A stretch of DNA of 61,573 nt. It comes from a virus (lineage: Duplodnaviria > Heunggongvirae > Uroviricota > Caudoviricetes). The notes beneath the pieces are model-generated. The model made no database searches and had not been told where the DNA came from. It was given only the letters and a program-made list of their open reading frames with translations. The stretch is from IMG/VR virus record IMGVR_UViG_2778261122_000001, positions 1-61,573 of that record. One strand, written 5' to 3'. The stretch's first letter is position 1. Each line of letters begins with the position of its first letter. Positions 9,375-23,692 of this stretch are shown one piece after another. The position numbers and the translations under genes were made by a program.

Positions 9375-10400
9375 TTACGCCAGTTGTACGGACACGAATT
9401 CATCAGGGTCAGCCAGCAGCATCAGCGGTGCTGACTGAATCATGGTGAACTCACGCGCCGGATCGCCGGTAGTCACCCAGTTTTTCGGGTAACGGGCAGA
9501 GGCGTTAATGCCTTCGCGCTGTGCGTCCGCATCCTGAATACAGCCATAGGTACGCAGACCGCGTGCCTGAGTGTTCCCCAGCACCATCGTGTTGTCCGGC
9601 AGGAAGTTCTTTTTGACGCCGTTTTCCACGTACTGTCCGGAATACACGACGATGGCCACATCGCCATACATTCCCTTATAAGACACCGCTTTGCCCAGGT
9701 CTTTTACCGCTGTCTCCAGCTCGGAATGAGAGCCGCGACGGGTATCCAGCTTATCCTTGACGGCCTTGAAGGAACGGAACAGCGCCCATCCTTTCGGATC
9801 AAACACGATGATATTCACCACGCCGCTGGCGTTCAGCGCGTAGGCTTCGATATCGTCGGTCGGGTCATACGTGGACTTGTCGCGCTTGCTCCACTCCGTG
9901 CCACCGGACTGTGTGATGTTGTTTGCCGCACTGCGCCCCATATCCACCTCAACCGGATCAAAGGCTTCACCGGTCATGGTGTATTTGCCCTTAAGCACGG
10001 CAGAAACTGCCTGCATCTCTTCGACCTGGGCAATGGCCAGCTCTTCGTCACGCATGTTCTGCATGATGATGCGACGGCGGCGGTAAGCCGGGTCCGCCAG
10101 ATTCTGCGGATCTTCATCCGGCAGGCGACGCAGGGTCATCTGCGGATTCACCTCATGCTTCGGCTTGACATATCCCGGCGTAAATTCAGAGGTGGAGCCG
10201 CCACGGGAACGGATAACCTCACCGGAAACAATCGGCGAAACGTACAGCGCCATGTTTACCAGTCCCGGAATTTGTGAGAGATAGACTTTCTCCGTGGTGA
10301 AGGGATAGCTCTCACGGAAAAAGAGACGCAGAAACAGCGGATCAAACTTAAATTTCTGCTCATTTGCCGCCAGCAGCTGGGCGGTTGTGTACATCGACAT
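9375..10400 (-). CDS. E: Major capsid protein E
   Basis: Start trimmed to MSMYTTAQLLAANEQ, lambda gpE N-terminus; 341 aa. Confidence 0.9.
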   Translation of the reverse strand: MSMYTTAQLLAANEQKFKFDPLFLRLFFRESYPFTTEKVYLSQIPGLVNMALYVSPIVSGEVIRSRGGSTSEFTPGYVKPKHEVNPQMTLRRLPDEDPQNLADPAYRRRRIIMQNMRDEELAIAQVEEMQAVSAVLKGKYTMTGEAFDPVEVDMGRSAANNITQSGGTEWSKRDKSTYDPTDDIEAYALNASGVVNIIVFDPKGWALFRSFKAVKDKLDTRRGSHSELETAVKDLGKAVSYKGMYGDVAIVVYSGQYVENGVKKNFLPDNTMVLGNTQARGLRTYGCIQDADAQREGINASARYPKNWVTTGDPAREFTMIQSAPLMLLADPDEFVSVQLA

Positions 10401-10455
10401 AAAAAAATCCCGTAAAAAAAGCCGCACAGGCGGCCTTTAGTGATGAAGGGTAAAG

Positions 10456-10788
10456 TTAAACGATGCTGATTGCCGTTCCGGCAAACGCGGTCCGTTTTTT
10501 CGTCTCGTCGCTGGCAGCCTCCGGCCAGAGCACATCCTCATAACGGAACGTGCCGGACTTGTAGAACGTCAGCGTGGTGCTGGTCTGGTCAGCAGCAACC
10601 GCAAGAATGCCAACGGCAGCACCGTCGGTGGTGCCATCCCACGCAACCAGCTTACGGGTGGAGGTGTCCAGCATCAGCGGAGTCATTGCAGGCGCTTTCG
10701 CACTCAATCCGCCGGGCGCGGTTGCGGTATGAGCCGGGTCACTGTTGCCCAGCGGCTGGTAATGGGTAAAGGTTTCTTTGCTCGTCAT
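10456..10788 (-). CDS. D: Head decoration protein D
   Basis: Start trimmed to [12 protein letters not shown], lambda gpD; 110 aa. Confidence 0.9.
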   Translation of the reverse strand: MTSKETFTHYQPLGNSDPAHTATAPGGLSAKAPAMTPLMLDTSTRKLVAWDGTTDGAAVGILAVAADQTSTTLTFYKSGTFRYEDVLWPEAASDETKKRTAFAGTAISIV

Positions 10789-10797
10789 AAACATCCC

Positions 10798-12097
10798 TTA
10801 CACTGGTGTGTTCAGCAAATCGTTAACGGCATCAGATGCCGGGTTACCTGCAGCCAGTGGTGCCGGTGCACCCTGCATCAGACGATCCAGCGCAGTGTCA
10901 CTGCGCGCCTGTGCACTCTGTGGTGCTGCGGCCAGAATGCGGCGGGCCGTTTCCACGGTCATTCCGGGGGTTTCTGCCAGAACGCGCGCCTGTTCTTCGC
11001 GTCCGTGAGCCTCCTCACAGTTGAGGATCCCCATAATGCGGCTGTTTTCTGCCGCAACCGCTGCGGTGATCTGCGCGTTCACGTCCGGCTGCGCCGCGCT
11101 GGCGTTTTCGCCCTCCGTCGCTTGCACCACGTCAGTAACGTCAGCCTGCGAAGCGGTGGCTGAAACAGTTGTTGATTGAGTCTCTTTGGTCATTCGCCCT
11201 CCTGAGAGACGGGATTTACGTGCATCCAGTGCATCACGCATGACGGTGATCGCATCGGTGCTGTTAACAAGTTCATCAGCCAGTCCGGCATCAATGGCCT
11301 CCTGACCGCTGTACACTGCAGCCTCGGTATCCAGCACAGCCTGCACGGACAGGCCGGTATATGCCGACACCTTCTGCGCAAACATCTGGCGGGTTGCATC
11401 CATCCGGGACTGCAGTGTCTCCCGGACGTCATCCGGAAGATGGCTGTAGGGGTTGCCATCCACCTTATGGCTGCCGCTGTAAATCAGCGTGATTTCCACG
11501 CCCTGTTTCTCCAGCGCAGCACCGTAATTACTGTGAGCCATCATGACGCCGATGGAGCCTGTCCGGGCGGTCTGCGTGACCAGACGCCGGGAGGCGGCGC
11601 TGGCAAGCAGCTGACCTGCACTGCAGTTCATGTCGTTGGCCAGCGCCCATACAGGTTTTATGTCACGCACACGGGCGATGATGTCAGCGCAGTCAAATGC
11701 CCCTGCCACCATTCCACCGGGCGTGTCCATATCGAGCAGAATGCCGTCCACCATCGGGTCACTGGCAGCCTGTTGCAGACGGGCGATAATGCCGTTGTAA
11801 CCGGTCATCCCCGAATAAGGCTGCAGCGCCCGCGTCCGGCTGACCAGCGTACCGGACACCGGCAGCACGGCGATGCCGTTCATGACCTGATAACTGCGGG
11901 CCTGTCGTGGTCCGTCACCATCACCGGCTAACGCCAGCGTCGCGGGTGCCTCCTGGGCAGTCAGGCTGTCGCCGGACACCGCATCCGTCAGGCGGCTGAT
12001 CCCTGGCTGGCCTGCAAGCGCACAAAAGAAAACCCGCGCATAGGCGGGTTCAAGCATCAGCGGCTCATTAAAGGCCATGCTGGCAATATGCGGGAGA

Positions 12098-12117
<20 letters not shown>
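10798..12117 (-). CDS. C: Capsid assembly protease C with in-frame nested scaffold Nu3
   Basis: GTG start after GAGGAGGAG; translation TAELRNLPHIASMAFNEP matches lambda gpC. Confidence 0.85.
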
Positions 12118-15798
<3,681 letters not shown>

Positions 15799-15824
<26 letters not shown>

Positions 15825-16344
15825 TCAGCAACCCCGGTATCAGTTCATCCAGCGCGGCTGCTTTGTTCATGGCTTTGATGATATCCCGTTTCAGGAAATC
15901 AACATGTCGGTTTTCCAGTTCCGGAAAACGCCGCTGCACCGACAGGGGGATCCCGTCGAGAATACTGGCAATTTCACCTGCGATCCGCGACAGCACGAAA
16001 GTACAGAATGCGGTTTCCACCACTTCAGCGGAGTCTCTGGCATTTTTCAGCTCCTGTGCGTCGGCCTGCGCACGCGTAAGTCGATGGCGTTCGTACTCAA
16101 TAGTCCCTGGCTGGAGATCTGTCTCGCTGGCCTGTCGCAGTTCTTCAACCTCCCGGCGCAGCTTTTCGTTCTCAATTTCAGCATCCCTTTCGGCATACCA
16201 TTTTATGACGTCGGCAGAGTCATAAAGCACCTCATTACCCTTCCCACCGCCTCGCAGAACGGGCATTCCCTGCTCCTGCCAGTTCTGAATAGTACGGATA
16301 CTCGCGCCGAAAATGTCAGCCAGCTGCTTTTTGTTGACTTCCAT
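15799..16344 (-). CDS. Nu1: Terminase small subunit Nu1
   Basis: 181 aa; MEVNKKQLADIFGASIRTIQNWQEQG HTH matches lambda Nu1. Confidence 0.9.
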
Positions 16345-16521
16345 TGTTCATTCCACGGACAAAAACAGAGAAAGGAAACGACAGAGGCCAAAAAGCCCGT
16401 TTTCAGCACCTGTCGTTTCCTTTCTTTTCAGGGAGTGTTTTAAATAAAAACATTAAGTTACGGCGAAGAAGAACGGAAACGCCTTAAACCGGAAAATTTT
16501 CATAAATAGCGAAAACCCGCG

Positions 16522-16533
16522 AGGTCGCCGCCC
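16522..16533. other. cosN cohesive-end site (cosB between it and Nu1, cosQ on the other side)
   Basis: Plus strand aggtcgccgccc is the reverse complement of the lambda 12-nt cohesive end GGGCGGCGACCT; flanks match lambda left and right ends. Confidence 0.8.
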
Positions 16534-16681
16534 CGTAACCTGTTGGATCGACGGAAAGGACCCAAAAACGAGAATGATTATCACTTACAGCAAGAATCGA
16601 ATCTGATCTATTATGGTGCTTGCTATTATGTGCCGGCACAAGTGCGTCGTTTACCGTCATTTCACACAGAGGCATCATCAA

Positions 16682-16933
16682 ATGAAAATCAGAAATATTC
16701 TCGCTATCTCCCTTGCAACATCATCCTTCAGTTGCCTGGCATTTAAATCCTCGCCCAATGTGCTACCAGGACCAACGAATCAACTAACTGCGGTAGAAAG
16801 TAAAATTATCGGACATTTTTATGCCCCACACAGTGCATTACCCGGAACAACCATCACAGGGACATGTGACGCCTCCCCCGTCCCGGGATGCACCTGTCCG
16901 TTTTGTACTATGCTGCGTAGCCAAAACCGATAA
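16682..16933 (+). CDS. Hypothetical small secreted protein
   Basis: Start trimmed to MKIRNILAISLATSSFSCLA signal-peptide-like N-terminus; no recognised family. Confidence 0.3.
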   Translation: MKIRNILAISLATSSFSCLAFKSSPNVLPGPTNQLTAVESKIIGHFYAPHSALPGTTITGTCDASPVPGCTCPFCTMLRSQNR

Positions 16934-17296
16934 CATCCGCATTTACCTGGTATTCCATGATGAGTTCACGCAGCGACTGATAGAGGAAGGAAAGATGGTT
17001 AGTAAAAACAAGGCGCATTGCCGCCGCATGCTGCAGGCATTGCAACAGACGAGAGCAGGTATTTTTGAGCAGTTGGAAAACTGCCAGCATACTTTGCCCG
17101 AGTATATCGCCATCTCATCGGAAACCAGTGCAACTCTTATTCATCGGGTTCCACCAGAGAAAAAGAAGAAATGAACAGTGAGGCGTTGTGTGGCATACAA
17201 CGCCTTCTTCCATCATTCCTCGTCAGCCATGACAAAAATATAACCGCTGGCTCTTTCATTTTTCTCCTGCTTCCAGCCCCTCTCTACCTGGAAGCA

Positions 17297-17623
17297 TCAG
17301 GGACGTGACGGCGTAAAGATAAATTGTCTCTTCACTCCCTGACAGGGACGATTCTTTTCAAATCGCCATTTCGCCATGGCCTTCACCACTTCATCACGAA
17401 ACAAATTATGAGGCTCTGAGCGGAGAAAAACGATCCGTGTCACAGTCCCATCAGCACCAATATCGAACTTAACCTCAACCAGTCCCTTGATATAATTTGC
17501 TGCAGCATATTCCGGATATCGTGGATACACCGTCACTAATTGCCGGGGCTCATCAGCTTTTTGCTGCGAGCATCCCACTGCCAGGACAGATAACAGAAAA
17601 AGTAGTAAAAGGCGTCTTTTCAT
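17297..17623 (-). CDS. Lipoprotein with TonB C-terminal-like domain (lambda right-end envelope protein type)
   Basis: Start trimmed to MKRRLLLLFLLSVLAVGCSQQ lipobox; position between bor and cos. Confidence 0.5.
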   Translation of the reverse strand: MKRRLLLLFLLSVLAVGCSQQKADEPRQLVTVYPRYPEYAAANYIKGLVEVKFDIGADGTVTRIVFLRSEPHNLFRDEVVKAMAKWRFEKNRPCQGVKRQFIFTPSRP

Positions 17624-18105
17624 TTTTATTCCTACGGGTCTTATTCTGACAATATATCCTGTGTTCCAGACTGCCACATCACCACATCCTGTGCCATTAT
17701 CTGACTCACATTACATACATCGCATCGGGATACAGTAGTAGCACTTTCTGTAATACAGCTTCCGGTTTCTTCCACCATCGCACCGGGATAAACCCGCGAA
17801 TCATTAACGCGGTAAAAACTCGGTGTGCATCGTTTTTGATTATTCCCGCACACTCACGCAGAAGGAATTCCCCGTCGGGCTACGGTCATGGTTAATGCGG
17901 GAATACGGCGACGATACAGCGCAGCTAAAAGGGTAATGGACGGATAGACCGGTTTATTTCATTCCACAGGATTCTGAGTGTCCCCAACTTCCTCCAATAG
18001 TCTGAGCGTACACCTATATAGTTTTAATTTTCATCAATCCATTTAACTATCGTTTAATTGTTGTCACATAGGATTCTGCCGTTTTTAACAATGCAGGATA
18101 ATAAG

Positions 18106-18399
18106 ATGAAAAAAATGTTGTTTTCTGCCGCTCTGGCAATGCTTATTACAGGATGTGCTCAACAGACGTTTACTGTTGGAAACAAACCGACAGCAGTAAC
18201 ACCAAAGGAAACCATCACCCATCACTTCTTCGTTTCGGGAATTGGACAGGAGAAAACTGTTGATGCAGCCAAAATTTGTGGCAGCGCAGAAAATGTTGTT
18301 AAAACAGAAACCCAGCAAACATTCGTAAATGGATTGCTCGGTTTTATTACTTTAGGCATTTATACTCCGCTGGAAGCGCGTGTGTATTGCTCACAATAA
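18106..18399 (+). CDS. bor: Bor lipoprotein (serum-resistance lysogenic conversion protein)
   Basis: Start trimmed to MKKMLFSAALAMLITGCAQQTFTV; matches remembered lambda Bor; opposite strand to late genes as in lambda. Confidence 0.85.
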   Translation: MKKMLFSAALAMLITGCAQQTFTVGNKPTAVTPKETITHHFFVSGIGQEKTVDAAKICGSAENVVKTETQQTFVNGLLGFITLGIYTPLEARVYCSQ

Positions 18400-18430
18400 T
18401 TGCATGAGTTGCCCATCGATATGGGCAGCT

Positions 18431-18907
18431 CTATCTGCACTGCTCATTAATATACTTCTGGGTTCCTTCCAGTTGTTTTTGCATAGTGATCAGCCTCTCT
18501 CTGAGGGTGAAATAATCCCGTTCAGCGGTGTCTGCCAGTCGGGGGGAGGCTGCATTATCCACGCCGGAGGCGGTGGTGGCTTCACGCACTGACTGACAGA
18601 CTGCTTTGATGTGCAACCGACGACGACCAGCGGCAACATCATCACGCAGAGCATCATTTTCAGCTTTCGCATCAGCTAACTCCTTCGTGTATTTAGCATC
18701 GAGTGCATCAGCAGCACGCTGGCGCTGCTGCATGTCAGTAATGGTGGCGGTCGCCTGCTTCAGCTCACTGACTTTTTTATCACGCTGTTCTTTATAGGCG
18801 ATGGCGTTATCACGGTAATGATTGACCGCCCACGACAGGCAGACGATGATGCAGATAACCAGAGCATAAATAATCGCGGCGACTCTGCTCACTGATCTAT
18901 CCCCCAA
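18431..18907 (-). CDS. Rz: Spanin inner-membrane subunit Rz
   Basis: N-terminal TM segment, coiled coil, C-terminus matches lambda Rz. Confidence 0.85.
   Translation of the reverse strand: MGDRSVSRVAAIIYALVICIIVCLSWAVNHYRDNAIAYKEQRDKKVSELKQATATITDMQQRQRAADALDAKYTKELADAKAENDALRDDVAAGRRRLHIKAVCQSVREATTASGVDNAASPRLADTAERDYFTLRERLITMQKQLEGTQKYINEQCR
18490..18672 (-). CDS. Rz1: Spanin outer-membrane lipoprotein Rz1, embedded in Rz
   Basis: 60 aa, lipobox VVVGC, proline-rich, embedded +1 frame. Confidence 0.8.
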   Translation of the reverse strand: MRKLKMMLCVMMLPLVVVGCTSKQSVSQCVKPPPPPAWIMQPPPDWQTPLNGIISPSERG

Positions 18908-19422
18908 CAGGCTAATGCGCTTTCCTGGTCACGACGAATAACCTGCCCATAGCAGTTATTTGAACGTATGCGGCAATCGCGCCCACCATCTTTTATCCAC
19001 CAACGAATCGCCTCGCATGCACCCTTACGATCACCGGCATTCAGCCGCTTATAAAACGTCGACGGGAAACACTTACCGGGGCCAATGTTATAGGGACAAA
19101 ATGACGCTATACCCGCTTTCTGTGGTTCGGTCAGAGGTACTTTAATATTGCGCTCCACCCATGCCAGCGCCTTATCACGTTCAATAGCGTTAACCTGGTC
19201 GCATTTTTCCTTCGACAGCTTCATTCCCGGTATGACGGGCTTACCATCCACCATTGTGGCACCACGACAGATGGTCCATATACCGGAACCATCGCGGTAT
19301 GCCGTAGTGTGGTTACCCTCTTTTTCATCCAGAAACTGGTCAAGTATTTGAGGAGCAGACGCGCCTGCAGCAATCAGCGCCAGAACAGCAGCTGACAGGC
19401 CGTATTTGATTTTTGCGCTCAT
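18889..19422 (-). CDS. R: Endolysin, T4-lysozyme-type with N-terminal signal-anchor (SAR-like)
   Basis: 177 aa; hydrophobic N-terminal segment then lysozyme domain; resembles Qin RrrQ. Confidence 0.8.
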   Translation of the reverse strand: MSAKIKYGLSAAVLALIAAGASAPQILDQFLDEKEGNHTTAYRDGSGIWTICRGATMVDGKPVIPGMKLSKEKCDQVNAIERDKALAWVERNIKVPLTEPQKAGIASFCPYNIGPGKCFPSTFYKRLNAGDRKGACEAIRWWIKDGGRDCRIRSNNCYGQVIRRDQESALACWGIDQ

Positions 19423-19477
19423 GGATATTTATCAGGATGCTACCAATGAAAGATACTGGAAAGCCAACTGCAAAAAG

Positions 19478-19792
19478 CTAACAACCCGTAATCGAGTTAT
19501 CAGAACTGTTAATTTTTATGGTATACCGCACCTTTGAACAGGGGCGCGTTTCTGGCAACAGCTCGTCCCCTTCACATAACCCGGCAGCAACATCCAGGAA
19601 GACCTGTCTGATGCTCCTTCTGGCTGCTGCCTCATAAAACTCCAGCGCGGCACCTTCAACACGGTCCAGCGAGATGTCCAGGTCAAAAATTTCACCGTCA
19701 AAGCGTTTTTTGTCCCGTAACGCTAAAGTTACCGTAACTTTATTCTCAAAATTGCGGATCCCTTTCACAATCAGTTCATAGTTTTGAGTCAT
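19478..19792 (-). CDS. Hypothetical protein between holin and endolysin
   Basis: 104-aa ORF tightly packed between S and R; family not confidently recognised. Confidence 0.5.
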   Translation of the reverse strand: MTQNYELIVKGIRNFENKVTVTLALRDKKRFDGEIFDLDISLDRVEGAALEFYEAAARRSIRQVFLDVAAGLCEGDELLPETRPCSKVRYTIKINSSDNSITGC

Positions 19793-19796
19793 TGAA

Positions 19797-20012
19797 TTAC
19801 TCTTCCCGTGCAGCCTTACGCTTGTCTTCTTTAATCTTGAAATAAAGGTTTGTCAGATACGTCAGCAAGCCAAATACCAGACTACCCAGCACACCTATTG
19901 CCGCCCACTGTGAGGGCGTGACTTTATCGAGCAACTGTAAAAACCAGTACCCGGCACTACCTGCTGAGGTGCCATAGGCGACACCCGTTGTTAACTTATC
20001 CATGGATTTCAT
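19797..20012 (-). CDS. S: Class II holin (phage 21 S-type pinholin)
   Basis: 71 aa, two TM segments, MKSMDK dual-start motif, charged C-terminus. Confidence 0.85.
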   Translation of the reverse strand: MKSMDKLTTGVAYGTSAGSAGYWFLQLLDKVTPSQWAAIGVLGSLVFGLLTYLTNLYFKIKEDKRKAAREE

Positions 20013-20078
20013 AACCCCACCTCGCAGATGCGGGTGCTGTGTAATGGAAATAAAAAGGCCACCTGCGTGGCCACCAGA

Positions 20079-21131
20079 TTATTTCCCCACCAGCTCGTTT
20101 ATCTCTTTCACTGTCTGGTTAAACCGCTCTGACTCAAGCTCAACACCTAAGGCCCGACGCCCCAGCGCCATTGCTGCTTTTATTGTGGAACCGGATCCCA
20201 TAAAAAAATCAGCAACCAGATCACCAGGTCGACTACTGGCATTGATTATTTGCCTGAGCATATCCGCCGGTTTCTCACACGGATGTTTACCCGGGTAGAA
20301 CTGAACGGGTTTATGCATCCAGACATCGGTATAAGGCACGGAGACTGATACGGAGAAATAGCGCCGGAGAGATTTAAACTCATCCAGCAATTCAGAATAT
20401 TTGCGATTCAGTGAATCATAAGATGCCACCAGCTGGTGGTGTGGTTGTTCCAGTTGTTGTTCCTGAAACTTCTCTGCCGCTATACGGGAAAACAGTGCCT
20501 GTAACTTCCGATAGTCAGCCTCATTCGGCAACTGCCACTGACTGGCACCAAACCAGTGGGAAACCATATTTTTCTTACCTGTGGCTTCGGCAATTTGTTT
20601 TGCCGTTATACCCAGTTCGGCACGAGCATCCCTGAAATACGATATCAGCGGTGCCATTATGTGCTGTTTGAGTTCCCTTTCTTTTGCCGCATAGCTGTCA
20701 CTTTTGCCGCGATATGGCCCCTGGTAATGTTCAGCAAACAGAACGCGCTCTGTGGCAGGAAAATATGCGCGCAGACTTTCTTTATTACACCCATTCCAAC
20801 GTCCGGACGGCTTCGCCCAGATGATATGGTTAAGCACGTTGAAACGTTCACGCATCATAATCTCAATATCAGATGCCAGGCGATGCCCACAGAACAGGTA
20901 AAGGCTTCCGGCAGGTTTCAATACCCGCCAGAACTGGGCCAGACAGTGGTCCAGCCACTTAAGGTAATCTTCGTCCCCTTTCCACTGATTGTCCCAACCG
21001 TTGGGTTTCACCTTGAAGTAAGGCGGATCGGTAACAATCAGGTCAATGGAATCATCAGGCAGGGACTGAATAAAATGCAGGCAATCAGCGTTGATTAAAT
21101 CAACACTGTTTATTTTTACAGTATTTTTCAT
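20079..21131 (-). CDS. DNA methyltransferase (amino-MTase, DPPY motif)
   Basis: DLIVTDPPY near N-terminus and FFMGSGST AdoMet motif near C-terminus (motif IV before motif I). Confidence 0.8.
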   Translation of the reverse strand: MKNTVKINSVDLINADCLHFIQSLPDDSIDLIVTDPPYFKVKPNGWDNQWKGDEDYLKWLDHCLAQFWRVLKPAGSLYLFCGHRLASDIEIMMRERFNVLNHIIWAKPSGRWNGCNKESLRAYFPATERVLFAEHYQGPYRGKSDSYAAKERELKQHIMAPLISYFRDARAELGITAKQIAEATGKKNMVSHWFGASQWQLPNEADYRKLQALFSRIAAEKFQEQQLEQPHHQLVASYDSLNRKYSELLDEFKSLRRYFSVSVSVPYTDVWMHKPVQFYPGKHPCEKPADMLRQIINASSRPGDLVADFFMGSGSTIKAAMALGRRALGVELESERFNQTVKEINELVGK

Positions 21132-21281
21132 GGATCAGTAAGCGTAACTCTGGTAGGCTCACTCTGCTTTTGCGCTAAAGCAGTGGGCCGTGGTTCGCTT
21201 GTGACCAGTAAGCATGAGCGAATGGCTGGCAGGTGCTACCAACACCCACCAGCCGCCCATTTTCACAGCAGGAAACCGCCA

Positions 21282-21509
21282 TTACTGGCAGCGTCTGAAT
21301 TTATTCCCGTACCCGCCGTTATCCTTCGCCAGACCCGCCAGAACTAACTGAGTCAGTATTAACTGGCACCGGGCTTCGCTTACTCCGGTAGTTCTCGTCA
21401 TCATGCGTGGCGTTACCCACTTGTCAGCAGGTAAGAAATGAAGGACTGCGGCGGCGGTTTCTGTCATATCTTGCTGTTTTAGCATGTCTTTTTCCCTTCT
21501 GGTTAACAT
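21282..21509 (-). CDS. Hypothetical small protein
   Basis: 75-aa ORF upstream of the MTase; no recognised family. Confidence 0.3.
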   Translation of the reverse strand: MLTRREKDMLKQQDMTETAAAVLHFLPADKWVTPRMMTRTTGVSEARCQLILTQLVLAGLAKDNGGYGNKFRRCQ

Positions 21510-21755
21510 GACATACCAATAACTCTTGTCTAAAAAGCCAGCAAGATAAAAAGTCAGTATTCACGACCACCAGCGTGTTTACTGTACTGCACCAAGTTTA
21601 CAGGTACAAAAAAACCGCTCAGCGGCGGGTTTAAGTTGTGTGGCGAAGTAACCATTCTTAACAGCATATTTGATTTTTTACGATTGTAAACGGTTGATTA
21701 TTCATCTCCAATAAAAATAATTGTGTGGGTATGCCCTTAACAATGGATAAGAAAC

Positions 21756-22202
21756 ATGAATAAAATGACTGTACTATTACTTAGCGCAACTATCATTTCA
21801 GGTTGTACTTCTTCCGTACCATTGATAAAGAAAACTCAATCAGGAAAACCTGAGGGGGTTTATCAAAATACGACAAAAGATAAAGTCAAAGATGCCCTTG
21901 TGAATTACTGCAATAGTAGAGGGTTGATAATTTACAACGCGGATAACAGCAGTGTTATATGTGGTAAAGAACTGGAAGGCGGCTCTGCTGTTTTCGGACA
22001 AATGTTAATCGGCAATGCCTATTCAACAACCCCGGTATCAAAAGTCAGATTTACTATCGCTCAAGTTAATAACGATACAAAAGTGTGGGCCGATATGTGG
22101 ATGGAAACTCAAATGGCAATGGGGCAAGTACAACAAATGGCTATAACAGACAACGCAAGCAAAAACACTATCCAACAACGTCTTGATGAGTTAAAACCTT
22201 AA
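21756..22202 (+). CDS. Lipoprotein of unknown function (insertion gene)
   Basis: MNKMTVLLLSATIISGCTSS signal peptide with lipobox; lies in AT-rich insertion. Confidence 0.6.
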   Translation: MNKMTVLLLSATIISGCTSSVPLIKKTQSGKPEGVYQNTTKDKVKDALVNYCNSRGLIIYNADNSSVICGKELEGGSAVFGQMLIGNAYSTTPVSKVRFTIAQVNNDTKVWADMWMETQMAMGQVQQMAITDNASKNTIQQRLDELKP

Positions 22203-22429
22203 GTCAATTAATTACATAAAATGGGGAGAGAAAATCGACTCCCCACACATTAAACTGATTTAATTACCTGTACTAGCTATAACTCCAACTGACAATTTGA
22301 GTAACCAGAACGAAATCAAGTTTGACAGCCCGCTTTGAGAGAAAAGCAAAAAATACGCTGCTGTACGGCTGATAAAAGAAACTAAGAATGCAAATTACCA
22401 GCCTGAAGACCATCGTTATGCCAGTACCA

Positions 22430-23692
22430 CTATATATCCCAGATCTCGCCATTATAAAGATGCTCGCTAATCTTTGGTGGATTTTTCTTAACATTAGGGT
22501 GACTCGCCAAAATGAGTCTTAATGTCCTGATAGCAACATAGGCCTTTATAACAATATCCCTTTGTTGTTTGAAATACTCCTGATTGAAGTTATTGTTATC
22601 GATGGCATGTGCTGGTTTTTGTCTAAGTTGCCTTACCTTTCTAAAGGTGTCAATCATATCTTTAACTGGCGCAGGATCTGTTGGCTGGAAATATTTATCA
22701 AGCCATGACTCAAGTATTTGTATAGTGCCTTTAGGCCTTACGACTATTTTCCCATCCTCGCGCTCCTCTTCAATTTCAAGCTCCACATCATCCTCGAAGA
22801 ATTTCTTATTAAGATTGTCGGACATCATTTTATCCAACAAAAGCATGAAATTATTAAATTCTGAACGAGTTGGTCGCAAAAGAAACCCGAACTCTTTAGG
22901 CATGTCATCGCTGTAATCTTTTCTAAAAAGTTCAGCCTTTCCTATTAACACGCTCATTTTATTAATTATTTTAAGTTCTTCCGTAAATGCACTAAAAATA
23001 GAAATTTTAGTCCCCCAAGCTCCTAATATGCTTGCAGCATAGTAATCGGGATGCAACTTTATATCTCCTTTTACTTCTTTCGCTGCCCAAACATTTTGGT
23101 GTTCAGGACTGAGATCACTCAGGTATCTCAAGAAAACTGCAACATATCTATTTAGACTGTCATCATAAGCAAACCCAAATGTTTTAAGCAATATTTGATC
23201 GTGTTCAGGAATATTGTCTGATTCATAATACTCATCCGTAATAGATATTTCCCCATGTATAAAGTCTGTAAAGTATGAATAACGTGGATCATTTCGGTAG
23301 TATTCCAAAACAGACAAATCAAAAGTTCTATAGTCAAATTGTCCCGCACCTCTTGCTAGCTCCATTTCATATGGTGACTTACTATAAGCAGAAAGCTTAC
23401 TAGATTTGGCTAGCATATTTTCATGGGGATATAAGCATATGTAATCTAAACTCTCTGAATCATCGAAATTCTTAAGGATATTATCCTTGGGGATTTTTGA
23501 AAACGCTTTAATATGAGGGTTATCCCCAAAACAAGCAGTTAAAATATCATCTTCGATTCCTTTTCTAACCAAAACTTTGAAAGTTTCGCTTTTGATATCG
23601 AAAAGACCATCTAACTTATAAATAGGCAATCCATTAAAATCACCTGATGAAAAATATTGTTCCTCGACTATTTCATATATTTCTTTAATCAT
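22430..23692 (-). CDS. Hypothetical 420-aa protein in AT-rich insertion downstream of Q
   Basis: Long uninterrupted ORF with AT-rich codon usage unlike flanking genes; no motif recognised. Confidence 0.6.
   Translation of the reverse strand: MIKEIYEIVEEQYFSSGDFNGLPIYKLDGLFDIKSETFKVLVRKGIEDDILTACFGDNPHIKAFSKIPKDNILKNFDDSESLDYICLYPHENMLAKSSKLSAYSKSPYEMELARGAGQFDYRTFDLSVLEYYRNDPRYSYFTDFIHGEISITDEYYESDNIPEHDQILLKTFGFAYDDSLNRYVAVFLRYLSDLSPEHQNVWAAKEVKGDIKLHPDYYAASILGAWGTKISIFSAFTEELKIINKMSVLIGKAELFRKDYSDDMPKEFGFLLRPTRSEFNNFMLLLDKMMSDNLNKKFFEDDVELEIEEEREDGKIVVRPKGTIQILESWLDKYFQPTDPAPVKDMIDTFRKVRQLRQKPAHAIDNNNFNQEYFKQQRDIVIKAYVAIRTLRLILASHPNVKKNPPKISEHLYNGEIWDI

Noticed and set aside
9145-9448. Plus-strand Ser-rich ORFs overlapping FI
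   Set aside because: Shadow ORFs opposite the FI coding sequence with low-complexity products.
16821-17174. 117-aa plus-strand ORF between cos and the TonB-like lipoprotein gene
   Set aside because: Overlaps the candidate secreted-protein ORF in another frame and has no ribosome-binding context or recognisable domain.
21140-21290. Possible tRNA genes or toxin genes downstream of Q, as in Stx phages
   Set aside because: No T-loop (GGTTCGANTCC-like) or cloverleaf pairing found by eye, and no ORF resembling Stx A or B subunits; the interval carries an MTase and unknown genes instead.
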